Assembly (NCBI RefSeq): GCF_030028105.1
Contig: NC_092384.1
Span: 3,949,665 to 4,013,664, forward strand
Length of the DNA: 64,000 nt
Direction: 5' to 3'
Origin: Mobula birostris
Taxonomy: Eukaryota
Part shown: piece by piece, positions 50,590 through 62,854 of the stretch
Layout of the letters: each line of letters starts with the position of its first letter
Position numbering within the stretch: position 1 is the stretch's first letter
Notes under the pieces: model-generated
The model's database searches: none
Seen by the model: only the letters and a program-made list of their open reading frames with translations
Told to the model about the DNA's origin: nothing
Made by a program: the position numbers and the translations under genes

Positions 50590-52090
50590 TTATGATAGAT
50601 TGCTCGAAGCTGATCACAAATTTAATTTCAGACTACTTGTATCACGTAGATATTTGGAGAAGCAGGAAATTAACTTTTTAATGTTTATAATGCGTTTAAT
50701 TGAATGACGATGCTGACACTTGTCATAGTTGAACTAGGCTAAAATGATCTCTTCATGTTTTTCCTTTGTACTCAGTGTCTGAGGCTTCTCGCCTAAGTAT
50801 CTAACAGTAGTCAGCCAGCATTGGTGGACACTAGTTGCCCTGATACAGTTTCTCCATGACCGCAATGACTGGTCAAAACCTTCCACCATGCTCGACACTG
50901 ACGGCGCCAAGATTTGCAGTGAAAAGTCTAAATGGGAATGCAGAAAATGAATCTTTAGTGACATGCTTTATGCCGAGATTGTGAATGTCTGGAGCATGTT
51001 GTTAACCAACTGCATGTAGTTTGGTGTTCTATATTTGCCAAGAAAAAGGATCATCAACATGCGATTTCCTCCAGTACCAGTTGAATTTCTTCGAATTGTC
51101 TGCCATGATGATCTGTTTGATTTGTGGAACACCACAAATTCCTTCCTTAATCTTGGTATCAGCTTTTCTGAGAAAGATCTGCTTGAAAGACTATTGAAAC
51201 CTACGGAAATATCGATATCCTTCACGGAGAGGTTTGTGCCTGCTAACAGCAGATTCCATCTTTGCAGTCTTGAACGCAGTAATTTTGCTTTTCTCTGTGA
51301 CAAAAACCAAGTCTCTGATCAGGTCGTTTAACTCTGATCGAGTTACAGGATAAGGTTCTCTCGGCAGAAAGGGTTCAAAGTCTTTATCAACATCAGTGCC
51401 GTTTTCCATTCCTTGTTCGTGCATCATAGCATCTTCGTCTGCGTCCCTTAGACTCTATGTCTCTAGTAGCTTATGTATTGGAAGAACATCATCATGTGGT
51501 ACAACTGTCATGCTCGAAGGGAGTTTAGGATACTGAATGGAATTATTGTATTTACCAGAGAAACTAGACACACTGGTCAGACAAAAGTAGCATTCTGTCA
51601 CATGATCCTACTGTTCTTGCCACATCATCGGGACAACGAATGCATTGACTTCGGACTCCCTCTGAGCCAAGCTCTAAGATCGACAGCACATGTTGCGCAG
51701 CAATGTGTGGAACCCAGGCTTTGTCATCGTCGCTAATTTACCATGAAAAGTGGCTCATTGGCTTCCTGAATAAGAGGAGCCGTGCTCCGTCTTTGAGATT
51801 TCAGTGTAAGGTCGCCACAAGTATAACAGAAAGTTCTGCGACTATTGAAACTCTGGCGAGAAATTTTGCTATAACAAAAATCCCTGAAAAAACAATTACC
51901 TTATTATAATATATACACAGGTTGATATGCACATCAACATGATTGCAAACAGATATACATGTAAATGCAATGCATAGAACGGCATGTGCGTGATGCGTGT
52001 ATATAATTTCTAAAACCTGTATAAGCATGTGCAGGTATGCCTGGACAAGACCGAAGCTTTCTGCTTACATTGTGGACAACATTTTATTTT
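50590..52090 (-). mobile_element. Chapaev3-like (CMC) DNA transposon remnant; transposase pseudogene about 50734-51890
   Basis: Across frames: FCYTCGDLTLKSQRR, DDDKAWVPHI, VPMMWQEQ*DHVTECYFC, IQYPKLPSSMTVVPHDD, SELNDLIRDL, KAKLLRSRLQRWNLL, MSLKIHFLHSHLDF. Middle of the catalytic domain deleted; TIRs not resolved. Confidence 0.72.
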
Positions 52091-52192
52091 ACATGAATTA
52101 TCAATTGAAATAACAAATATGGGAGATTTCAAACAAATGGTGCGTGATGGGGAAATGTCATAGATATTAATGATCAGCAGCCAAAAGTAATT

Positions 52193-52227
52193 TCTCTCTC
52201 TCTCTCTCTCTCACTCTCTCTCTCTCT
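52193..52227. repeat. (CT)n microsatellite
   Basis: Direct reading. Confidence 0.9.
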
Positions 52228-52399
52228 TTGGTATGTATTTGAATATTGTACCGCAGATGAAATTGCCTTGCAAAAACACAGGATGCAGTATATGATATTG
52301 AAAGAATTTCAAGTTCAATGTTTCATTGAACGGGCGGCTGGATATTCGATTAATGGAAAAGGTAGCCGTTATAAGAAACTGTTAAACTCTGTACTGGGT

Positions 52400-55300
52400 T
52401 GCACCTGAACTTGACGGCGAACAATATCCTTGCAGGTAGGTTTGCTAGCATGGTACGGAAGGGTTTAAACTAATTAAACTAAGGGGGATGGGACTCGGAG
52501 CGATAGAGCAGTGGAAGAAGTGCATGGAGTAAAGCCAGATTTAGAGAGGCTTTGAGGAAACAGAAGCAGAATAAAGGGTGTAGAGGTAGTAAGATAGAAG
52601 GGCTAAAGTGTGCTTACTTCCATGCAAAAAGCATCAGGAACAAAGGTGATGAACTGAGAGCTTGGATACATACATGGAATTATGATGTAGTGGCCATTAC
52701 AGAGACTTGGCTGGCAACAAGGCAGGAATGGATTCTCAATATTCCTGGATTTCAGTACTTTAAAAGGGATAGAGAGGGGGAAAGGGGGGGGGGTGGCATT
52801 ACTGGTCAGGGATACTATTAGAAACGGTGGGTAATTTAGCAGGATCCTCTTTTGAGTCAGTGTGAGTGGAAGTCAGGAACAGGAAGGGAGCAGTTCCTCT
52901 ATTAGGGGTATTCTATAGGCCCCCTGGTAGCAGCAGAGATACCGAGGAGCAGATTGGGAGGCGGATTTTGAAAGGTGAAAAACTAACAGGGTTGTTATCA
53001 TGGGTGACTTTAACTTCCTTAATATTGATTGGCACCTGATTAGTTCCAACGGTTTAGACGGTGCAGAGATTGTTAAGTGTGTCCAGGACGGATTCCTGTC
53101 ACAGTACGTGGACAGGCCGACTAGGGGTAATGCCATACTAGATCTAGTACTAGGTAATGAACCGGGTCAGGTCACAGATCTCTCAGTGGGTGAGCATCTG
53201 GGGGACAGTGACCACCGCTCCCTGGCCTTTAGCATTATCATGGAAAAGGATAGAATCAGAGAGGACAGGAAAATTTTTAATTGGGGAACGGCAAATTATG
53301 AGACTATAAGGCCTGAACTTACCGGTGTGAATTGGAATGATGTTTTTGCAAGGAAATGTACTATCGACATGTGGTCCATGTTTAGAGATCTCCTGCAGGA
53401 TGTTAGGGATAAATTTGTCCCGGTGAGGAAGATAAAGAATGGTAGAGTGGAGGAACCATGGGTGAAAAGTGAGGTGGAAAATCAAGTCAGGTGGAAGAAG
53501 GCAGCATACATGAGGTTTAGGAAGCAAGGATCAGATGGGTCTATTGAGGAATATAGGGAAGCAAGAAAGGAGCTTAAGAAGGCGCTGAGAAGAGCAAGAA
53601 GGGGGCATGAGAAGGCCTTGGCGAGTAGGACAAAGGAAAACCCCAAGGCATTCTTCAATTATGTGAAGAACAAAAGGATGACAGGAGTGAAGGTAGGACC
53701 GATTAGAGATAAGGGGGGGAAGATATGCCTGGAGGCTGTGGAAGTGAGCGAGGTCCTCAATGAATACTTCTCTTCGGTATTCACCAATGAGAGGGAACAA
53801 TATGGTGAGGACAATATGAGTGAGGTTGATGTTCTGGAGCATGTTGATATTAAGAGAGAGGAGGTGTTGGAGTTGTTAAAATACATTAGGACAGATAAGT
53901 CCCCGGGACCTGACGGAATATTCCCCAGGCTGCTCCATGAGGCGAGGGAAGAGATTGCTGAGCCTCTGGCTAGGATCTTTATATCCTCGTTGTCCACAGG
54001 AACGGTACCGGAGGATTGGAGGGAGGCGAATGTTATCCCCTTGTTCAAAAAAGGTAGTAAGGATTGTCCGGGTAATTTATAGACCAGTGAGCCTTACGTC
54101 TGCGGTGGGAAAGCTGTTGGAAAAGATTCTTAGAGATAGGATCTATGGGCATTTAGAGAATCATGGTCTGATCAGGGACAGTCAGCATGGCTTTGTGAAG
54201 AGAAGATCGTGTCTAACAAGCATGATAGAGTTCTTTGAGGAGGTGACCAGGAATATATATGAGGGTAGTGCATTGGATATGATCTATATGGATTTTAGTA
54301 AGGCATTTTACAAGGTTCCACACGGTAGGCGTATTCAGAAAGTCAGAAGGCATTGGATCCAGGGAAGTTTAGCCAGGGGCATTCAGAATTGGCTTGCCTG
54401 CAGAAGGCAGAGAGTCATGGTGGAGGGAGTATATTCATATTGGAGGATTGTGACTACTGGTGTCCCACAAGCATCTGTTCTGGGTCCTCTATTTTTCGTG
54501 ATTTTTATTAACGACCGGATGTGGGGGGTAGATGGGTGGGTTGGCAAGTTTGCAGACGACACAAAGGTTGGTGGTGTTGTAGACAGTGTAGAGGAGTGTG
54601 GAATATTGCATAGAGATATTGATAGGATGCAGAAGTGGGCTGAGAAGTGGCAGATGGAGTTCAACCCTGAGAAATGTGAGGTGGTACACTTTGGAAGGAC
54701 AAACTGCAAGGCAGAGTACAAAGTAAATTGCAGGATACTTGGTAGTGTGGAGGAGCAGAGGGACCTGGGGGTACATGTTCACAGATCCCTGAAAGTTGCC
54801 TCACAGGTAGATAGGTTAGTTAAGAAAGCTTATGGGGTGTTAGCTTTCATAAGTCAAGGGATTGAGTTTAAGAGTGGCGATGTAATGATGCAGCTCTACA
54901 AAACTCTGGTTAGGCCACACTTGGAGTACTGTGTCCAATTCTTTCGCCTCACTATAGGAAGGATGGGGAAGCATTGTAAAAGGTACAGAGGAGAATTACC
55001 AGGACGCTGCCTGCTTAAAAGAGTATGGATTATGTTCAGAGATTGAAGGAGCTAGGGCTTTACTCTTTGGAGAGAAGGAGGATGACAGGAGACATGATAG
55101 AAGTGTACAAGATAGTAAGAGGAGAGATAGAGTGGATAGCCATCGCCTCTTCCCCAGGGCACCACTGCTCAATTCAAGAGGACATGGCTTTAAGCTAAGA
55201 GGTGGGAAGTTCAAGAGGGATATTAGAGGAAGGTTCTTTTTCACGAGAGTGGTTGGTGCGTGGAATGCACTGCCTGAGTCAGTGGTGGAGGCAGATAAAC

Positions 55301-55445
55301 TCGTGAAGTTTAAGAGACTACTTGACAGGTATATGGAGGGATTTAAGGTGGGGAATTCTATGGGAGGCAGGGTTTGAGGGTCGGCAGAACATTGTGGGCC
55401 GAAGAGCCTGTAATGTGCTGTACTATTCTATGTTCTATGTTCTAT
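52400..55445 (+). mobile_element. CR1 LINE with largely open ORF2 (EN-RT)
   Basis: ORFs 53000-54082 and 53937-55046 joined by one frameshift near 54077; KFADD present; (TTCTATG)n tail 55426-55445. Confidence 0.95.
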
Positions 55446-55771
55446 AGCAATTACAGTACGGAAAGAGGCCATCTCGGCCCTTCCAGTCCTTGCATGTCTT
55501 GATATTTTTATTTTATTATACAGGGAGTCAAAGGTTACGAAAAAACAGTTGTGAGCGATAGTAAATCCGGCATGATGGAATCTCAGAGCAGGCTCGAAGG
55601 ACCGGATGGCCTAATTCTACTCAAATGTCTTACGGTCTTGTCGTATTCTAATTCGTTTCTAGTGTTGGACCACAGTTCCGGTTACTGGTTCAGTAATATA
55701 GCCAACATGCTGCCGATTCTCAGAAACTAATATTGAACTTTGATCGTAGGAAGTAGGCACGTGATCATGCC

Positions 55772-55773
<2 letters not shown>

Positions 55774-55830
<57 letters not shown>
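55774..55830. repeat. Compound (CT)n(CA)n microsatellite
   Basis: Direct reading. Confidence 0.95.
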
Positions 55831-55833
<3 letters not shown>

Positions 55834-57029
55834 CTCTAAAAAAGAACAGCGCCCACACGAAAGAGGTAATATCCGGCGATCATGTACGTTTCTAACTGCA
55901 GTACAAACAGAATAAACCAGAGTTTATTGATGAAACATATTTAAAAGTAGAGCCAAATTTTCCCATGCCGTTAAATACAAACAGTTCTTTAATGAATTTA
56001 GCCAGATTTTAATCAGTCTCCACAAAGCCACAGGACTTTGAGATCCTCTGAAGAATTCCGACTGGAAAATTAAACAAAGTGGAGGTGTACTGCATACCAT
56101 TTGGATGAGGCTATGGTGGGGGTAAGTTAGCCGTCGAGGGAAGTGGTGTTCCGATTACTATTGTCGAACATAAAGTACGTGTTGCAACTAAGGCATTAAC
56201 AAATTAAGTTGGAAAGCAGAATTTTTGCCCCGCAGTTATGTAAATGATGAATCCATCTCCAGAGTGCTTTTGATGGTTTTAGTACAACCATCAAGATAAT
56301 TTCCTTCGGTATTTGTCTGTTTCAAATTTGACAATCAGTCTAAATCGTTCGGCTGCAAGTTAAGAATATCAGAACAAAAGAAAAAGGAGCAAGTGTAGTC
56401 CAACTAGCCTGCCTAGATTGCCTAGATTGCATGCTCTTACTTTCCTAAATCTGGGTACAATTCTTTATTATATCAGCTGTTACGAGTGTTTATCTACAAG
56501 TTTTTCATGCTTGTCAACAGCATATTACGTCCACCACTTACATTGTGATTAAACCCTGTGGAAAGACACTTGTAGATTTCTTTTCTCTGCCGGTAATTTG
56601 AATTCAAAGTAGTTCTGAAGAAAGGGTCGATCTGCGTTTTGTTTTTATTTCAGCATTTTTTCTTTAATATGTAGATTGCACATAGGACTGCACGTTTCGT
56701 TGGGGCGGCTGGTGGTGGCGCAGTAATGTTTAATGCTATTTTTCTGAAACATTAACTCCACATCTATCTCTCATATGTGGCCTCGCCTTACACGGTGTTG
56801 TAGTCAGAATTAGAATCAGGTTTAATGTCACCTGAACATGTAGTGAATGTTCTTGTAATACGGCAGCAGTACAGGTTAAAACTTCGAGGCATATGTTATG
56901 CATGTAGAATCCGCCTATTAGAATAGCATGTTGAAATGTAAACATAAGATAGTAGAACCATCTTTTCCCGAGAACCTTTTGAAAACAGATTACAGACAGA
57001 AGTTCAAATGCACAACATTTTACTGAAAG

Positions 57030-57547
57030 TGTCATGGTCCGGATCGGGGTCCCTTTAAATTTACTTTGTTTCTGTTACGATCCGGACCGTTGATTCCCTG
57101 TTTTCCCGTGTCCGTCGGGCTTGATGATTGGAGGCAACTTACTCTCGGCTGAACTGGTAGTTCATAGTCTCCGGCTTTCAGCCGTTCGGCCCGAGAGCGT
57201 TTGCAAAGTCACCAAAGGTATTGCGAGCCAATGTCATCTGGCCGGAGCGAGCCTAGTCTCCCCCTGAAGCGAGTGCCAGTAAGTCGCCTTTCCCGAGCGG
57301 GGCAACCCTGTCAAGTTGCCTCACCCACGGTCTGTCCGCCAGAGAAAGCAGGATCTCCCAGTGGCCACACATTTTAATTCCACGTCTCATTCCCATTCTG
57401 ATATGTCTACCCACGGCCTCCTCTACTGTCAAGATGAAGCCACACTGTGGTTGGAGGAACAACACCTTATATTCCATCTGGGTGGCCTCCAACCTGATGG
57501 CGTGAACATTGACTTCTCTAACTTTCGGTAATGCCCCACCTCCCCAG
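57030..57547 (+). mobile_element. Partial LTR (TGTCATGG start) joined to a Penelope-like GIY-YIG fragment
   Basis: RSVRQRKQDLPVATHFNSTSH at 57316-57531; upstream part LTR-like by its terminus only. Confidence 0.6.
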
Positions 57548-58530
57548 CAGTGATGTAAATGTAAATGTTTACTTGTAACAACAAAATTTTGAGAATGCTC
57601 TCATCCAGAGTTCTAAAGTCAGAACAAATGCAAACGTTCAGATATTATTTATGGGAATTGACAATTCCATATACGTATTAACGGAGATATTTCGTATCTC
57701 AACGTGTAATTGTGATGAAACTGCCTCTTGCGCCATATTTTGCCTGTTTATGAAAGCTAAAATGGGTGAAGGAACTTCAAACTGGAGGTTCTCAGTATTG
57801 ATCTGTAATGAGATATTAACTCTGAGAAACTTGAAGCTGAGTATCGTTTCTACTCCTGTCCTCTCAATAAAGACTGAAGTGCGTTCTCTGCAATTCCCTT
57901 TTCTGAAATGCAGACTAGCTTCCTTGGTCAGGCCGACATTGAGTGCAATGTTTTTGTTGCACAATTACTCAACCACCTTATCTATTTCCCTCCTGTTTGC
58001 CTCCTCTTCGCCATCTCCATTCGACAATGTTTGTTTTTCTCTTGTCGCTAGTCACACAGACATGCTTGTAAATAGAGCAGAGCAAAGGGATAAGCACACA
58101 TCTCTGATGTGCATATTGTATGTGTTCATTGTCGGCAATGAATGGGTTGGTTAGTTAACTATCAGTTCATATATTAGGTTCACTCTGTGCTGTATACTCA
58201 TGAGATATTATGTTTCATCTTCATCTCCATAGTTGGATTAGTTTCCCTGTGATTCCGTCTTCAATTGAAACGTTTTATCTGTAATCCAGGTGCATATATT
58301 TGGTTACTTTGTAGAGGGAAAGCATTAACATGTCCCATATGTCCAAGCTTGGTTAGAGTCACTCCTGACATAACTGAATCAAGTTCTAAATAAATATTCA
58401 ATGAATTACCACACACAAATTGCTGGGTGACGATAATGGAAGAATACGGCATGATTTTGCTTATCTTTTCAGCAACTGCAGTTATAAACCTACCCGTTTC
58501 TGCACGGAACAACGGTATGCTGACCGTTAT
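57548..58530 (+). repeat. Old segmental duplication, copy B (paralog of 21262-22410)
   Basis: See copy A; interrupted on the right by the Penelope insertion. Confidence 0.8.
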
Positions 58531-58575
58531 ATACTTCCATCCCCCATCAGGAAGGTCTCAAAGCTCTACGCTTCT

Positions 58576-60270
58576 TTTTGGATTCCAGACCGAATCAGTT
58601 CCCCTTTACCACCACTCTGCTCCGTCTAGCGGAATTAGTCCTTACTCTTAATAATTTCTCCTTTGGCTCCTCCCACTTCCTTCAAACTAAAGGTGTAGAT
58701 ATGGGCACCCGCATGGGTCCTAGCTATGCCTGCCTTTTTGTTGGCTTTGTGGAACAATCTATGTTCCGTGCCTATTCTGGTATCTGTCCCCCACTTTTCC
58801 TTCGCTACATCGACGACTGCATTGGCGCTGCTTCCTGCACGCATGCAGAACTCGTTGACTTTATTAACTTTGCCTCCAACTTTCACCCCGCCCTCAAGTT
58901 TACCTGGTCCATTTCCGACACCTCCCTCCCCTTTCTAGATCTTTCTGTCTCTGTCTCTGGAGACAGCTTATCCACTGATGTCTGCTATAAGCCTACTGAC
59001 TCTCACAGCTATCTGGACTACTCCTCTTCTCACCCTGTCTCTTGCAAAAACGCCATCCCCTTCTCGCAATTCCTCCGTCTCCGCCGCATCTGCTCTCAGG
59101 ATGAGGCTTTTCATTCTAGGACGAGGGAGATGTCTTCCTTTTTTAAAGAAAGGGGCTTCCCTTCCTCCACTATCAACTCTGCTCTTAAACGCATCTCCCC
59201 CATTTCACGTACATCTGCTCTCACTCCATCCTCCCGCCACCCCAGTAGGAATAGGGTTCCCCTGGTCCTCACCTACCACCCCACCAGCCTCCGGGTCCGA
59301 CATATTATTCTCCGTACCTTCCGCCACCTCCAACGGGATCCCACCACTAAGCACATCTTTCCCTCCCCCCCCCCCCCGCATTCCGCAGGGATCGCTCCCT
59401 ACGCAACTCCCTGGTCCATTCGTCCCCCCCCCCCCATCCCTCCCCACTGATCTCCCTCCTGGCACTTATCCGTGTAAGCAGAACAAGTGCTACACTTGCC
59501 CTTACACTTCCTCCCTTACCACCATTCAGGGCCCCAAACAGTCCTTCCAGGTGAGTCAACAATTCACCTGTGAGTCGACTGGGGTGATATACTGCGTCCG
59601 GTGCTCCCGATGTGGCCTTTTATATATTGGCGAGACCCGACGCAGACTGGGAGACGGCTTTTCTAAACATCTACGCTCTGTCCGCCAGAGAAAGCAAGAT
59701 CTCCCAGTGGCCACACATTTTAATTCCACATCCCATTCCCATTCTGACATGTCTATCCACGGCCTCCTCTACTGTAAAGATGAAGCCACACTCAGGTTGG
59801 AGGAACAACACCTTATATTCCGTCTGGGTAGCCTCCAACCTGATGGCATAAACATCGACTTCTCTAACTTCCGCTGATGCCCCACCTCCCCCTCGTACCC
59901 CATCTGTTACTTATTTTTATACACACATTCTTTCTCTCACTCTCCTTTTTCTCCCTCTGTCCTTCTGAATATACCCCTTGCCCATCCTCTGCCCCCCCCC
60001 CCCCCGTCTTTCTTCCCGGACCTCCTGTCCCATAATCCTCTCGTATCCCTTTTGCCAATCACCTGTCCAGCTCTTGGATCTATCCCTTCCCCTCCAGTCT
60101 TCTCCTATCATTTTGGATCTCCCTTCCCCCTCCAACTTTCAAATCGCTTACTCACTCTTCCTTCAGTTAGTCCTGACGAAGGGTCTCGGCCTGAAACGTC
60201 GACTGCACCTCTTCCTAGAGATGCTGCCTGGCCTGCTGCGTTCACCAGCAACTTTGATGTGTGTTGATGA
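58576..60270 (+). mobile_element. Penelope-like element (RT + GIY-YIG), 5'-truncated, young
   Basis: GVDMGTRMGPSYACLF...FLRYIDD (58578-59450); CKQNKCYTC...VIYCVRCSRCGLLYIGETRRRL (to 59877); one frameshift in a C-run. Confidence 0.95.
60164..60205 (+). ncRNA. Minimal type I hammerhead ribozyme in the Penelope tail
   Basis: agtc CTGACGA agg-gtctcgg-cct GAAA c GTC gact: stem I agtc/gact, full CUGANGA and GAAA core, stem II agg/cct, predicted cleavage after GUC at 60200. Confidence 0.8.
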
Positions 60271-62320
60271 ACTTAATGAGTATTTTGCATCTGCCTTCAC
60301 TGCAGAAGAGACTTAGCAGTGTGCCAGAGGTCTGTGAGTGCCAGGGAGCAAGAGTGAGTGCCATTGCTATTTCAAACAAAAATGCGCTAGGCAACTCAAA
60401 AGCCGTAAGTTCGATACGTCACCTGGACTACAGCCCAGAGACCTGAGAGAGGCTGCTGAAGACATAATGGATGTATTGGCCATGATCTTTCAAGAATCAC
60501 TTGATTCTGGCATGGTCCTGGAGGAATGGAAGATTACAAATATCACATCACTCTTTAAGAAGGTAGAAAGGCAAAAGAAATGAAATTATAGGCCAGATAG
60601 CGTACCCTCAGTGGTTGGGAAAGCGGTCTAATATTAATAGTGTATTATTAAGGCTGAGGCTTCGAGATGCTTGGAGACTAATGATATAATAACTCAAAGT
60701 CAGCATTGTTCCTGTCCAGGAAAATCTTGCCTGACAAATCTTTTAGAGCTCTTCGACGATGAAACAAGCAGGGTGGACAGAGAAGAGGCAGTGGATGACA
60801 ATTACTTGGATTTTCAGAAGGTGTTTGATAAGGTGACACATGTGAGGCTGCGTAACATCATAAAGTCCTATGGCGCAATAAGAAAGATACTGTCATGGAA
60901 AGTGGAACGGCTGGCAGGCAGGAGACAACGAGTGGGAATAAACGGGGCTTTTTCTGGTTGGTTGCCGGTGATTAGTGGCGCTCCTCAGGAGTCCGTACAG
61001 GAACCGCTGCTTTTCACTTTGTTTGTCATTGATTTAGGTAATGGAACTAGTGGCTTTTTGGCAAAGACTGCGAATAATAGGAAGATTGCTGGAGGGGTAG
61101 GTAGTGCTGAGGAACCAATGCGATTGCAGCAGGACTTGGACTAATTGGAAGAATGGGCAAAAAGGTGGCAGATGGAATACAATGTTGGGAAATGTATGAT
61201 AATGCATTTTGGTGAAAGGAACAATAGTGCGGACATTTTTCTCAATGGGGGAAGGTTCAAGCGTCAGAGTTGCAGGTGATCTTGGGACTCCCAGAAGGTA
61301 AATTTACATGTTGAGTCTGTTGTAAAGAAGGAAAATCGAATGTTGCCATTCCTTTCAACGACAATAATATATAAAAGCAAGGAGATAGTGCTGGGGCATT
61401 ATAAGACACTAGTCAAGCCGCATGTTGAGTATTGCCAACAGTTTTGGGCCCCATATCTCAAAAAAAGTTGGGTTCTCATTGCAAAGAGTCCAGAGGTGGT
61501 TGCAAAGAGTCCAGAGATGGTTGCCAAGGATGATTCCCGGAATGAAGGAGTTAACATATGAGGATTGTTCGGCAGCTTTCGGCCTGTACTCACTGGAATG
61601 TAGAAGAATGCGGGGGTGGAGTGCAAATCTCATTGAACCTTCCCGATGTTGAAAGGACGAGATAAAGTGGATGTGGAGAGGATGCTTCCTGTGGTGAAGG
61701 TATCCAGAACTGGAGGGCACAGTCACAAAACTGAAGGGCGACAGTTTAGAACAGAGGTAACGAGAATTTCTTTCAGTCAGAGAGTAATGAATTTGTGGAA
61801 TGCACTGCCACAGACTGCGATTGACGCCATGTCCGTGGGTTTATTTAAGGTGGAAGTTGACCGTTTCCTGATCATTTCAGGGCATCAAGGTGTTTGGCGA
61901 AAAGCAAGTATATGGGATGAGACAGAACCGGGATCAGCCAAGACGGAATGGCGGAATAGACTCGATTGCCTAATTCTGCTCCTATGTCTTATGTTTTATG
62001 GAGTAGAGGTGCAAGGATGTTTCCCATGGTGGTGGAGTCTCGAAGAAGAGCGACAGAACCAGGATAGAGAGTGTCCATTTAAGATAGAGATGCGGAGAAA
62101 TTTCTGTCGCTAGAGGGTGGAGAATTTGCGGGATTTGCTACGATAGGCAGCTGAGAGGCCAGGTCGTTGGTATACATAAGGCAGAGCTTGATAGGTTCTT
62201 GACTGCACATGACATCCAAGGTTACGGGAAGAAGTCCGGGCAGAAAAAAAAAGAATCAGCTAGGATTGAATGGCGGAGTAGAGTCGATGGCCAAATAGCC
62301 TAATTCTTGCCCTGTGGTCT
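60271..62320 (+). mobile_element. Degenerate CR1 RT/3' fragments
   Basis: SCLTNLLELFD...YLDFQKVFDKV; includes a 21-bp in-frame duplication (QRVQRWL x2) at about 61479-61522. Confidence 0.85.
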
Positions 62321-62854
62321 TACTGCTATATCTGCACTGTACTGATGCTGTAAAACAAATTTCACATTATGTAACTGATTGATAATAAAAATGGTTCTAT
62401 ATCTGATTCTGAACTGATTCATTGTATTCATTCGGGTAGAATTCGATAAGCAACTTCTTTGGATATGTGCGTCATGTGAATGTCATGAGCGTTTTACTGG
62501 GAATATATTTCAGTTTATATTTGGTCGTGGATCATAGCGTAAAAATGTAATGGTCTACTTTCAATTTCGAGATTTGGAGTACTTGGGGTCCTCAGAAAGT
62601 CCAAATTCAGAGGATCGAAAACGAATCCTGAAGCCAGCTGGAGTCATTTGGCAGCGGAGACACGTTCCTAGGAAGGATATATGGCTGTTATAGCGGGTCT
62701 GGGTGAGCGTATGTTAGAAAAGTTAACGAGCCGAAGAAATTATAGATGGGGAGCAGTCGGAGAGGGTTTCACTCAACTCCCGTCGAAGAGAATATTTAAA
62801 ATTCTTCAGTGTAAGCATCACTGGAAGAGGCTCCGCAGTAATGAATTTTAAACC

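Noticed and set aside
53000-55046. CR1 ORF2 as an active or domesticated reverse transcriptase gene
   Set aside because: Frameshift near 54077, a disrupted endonuclease region, no ORF1, and a broken C-terminus.
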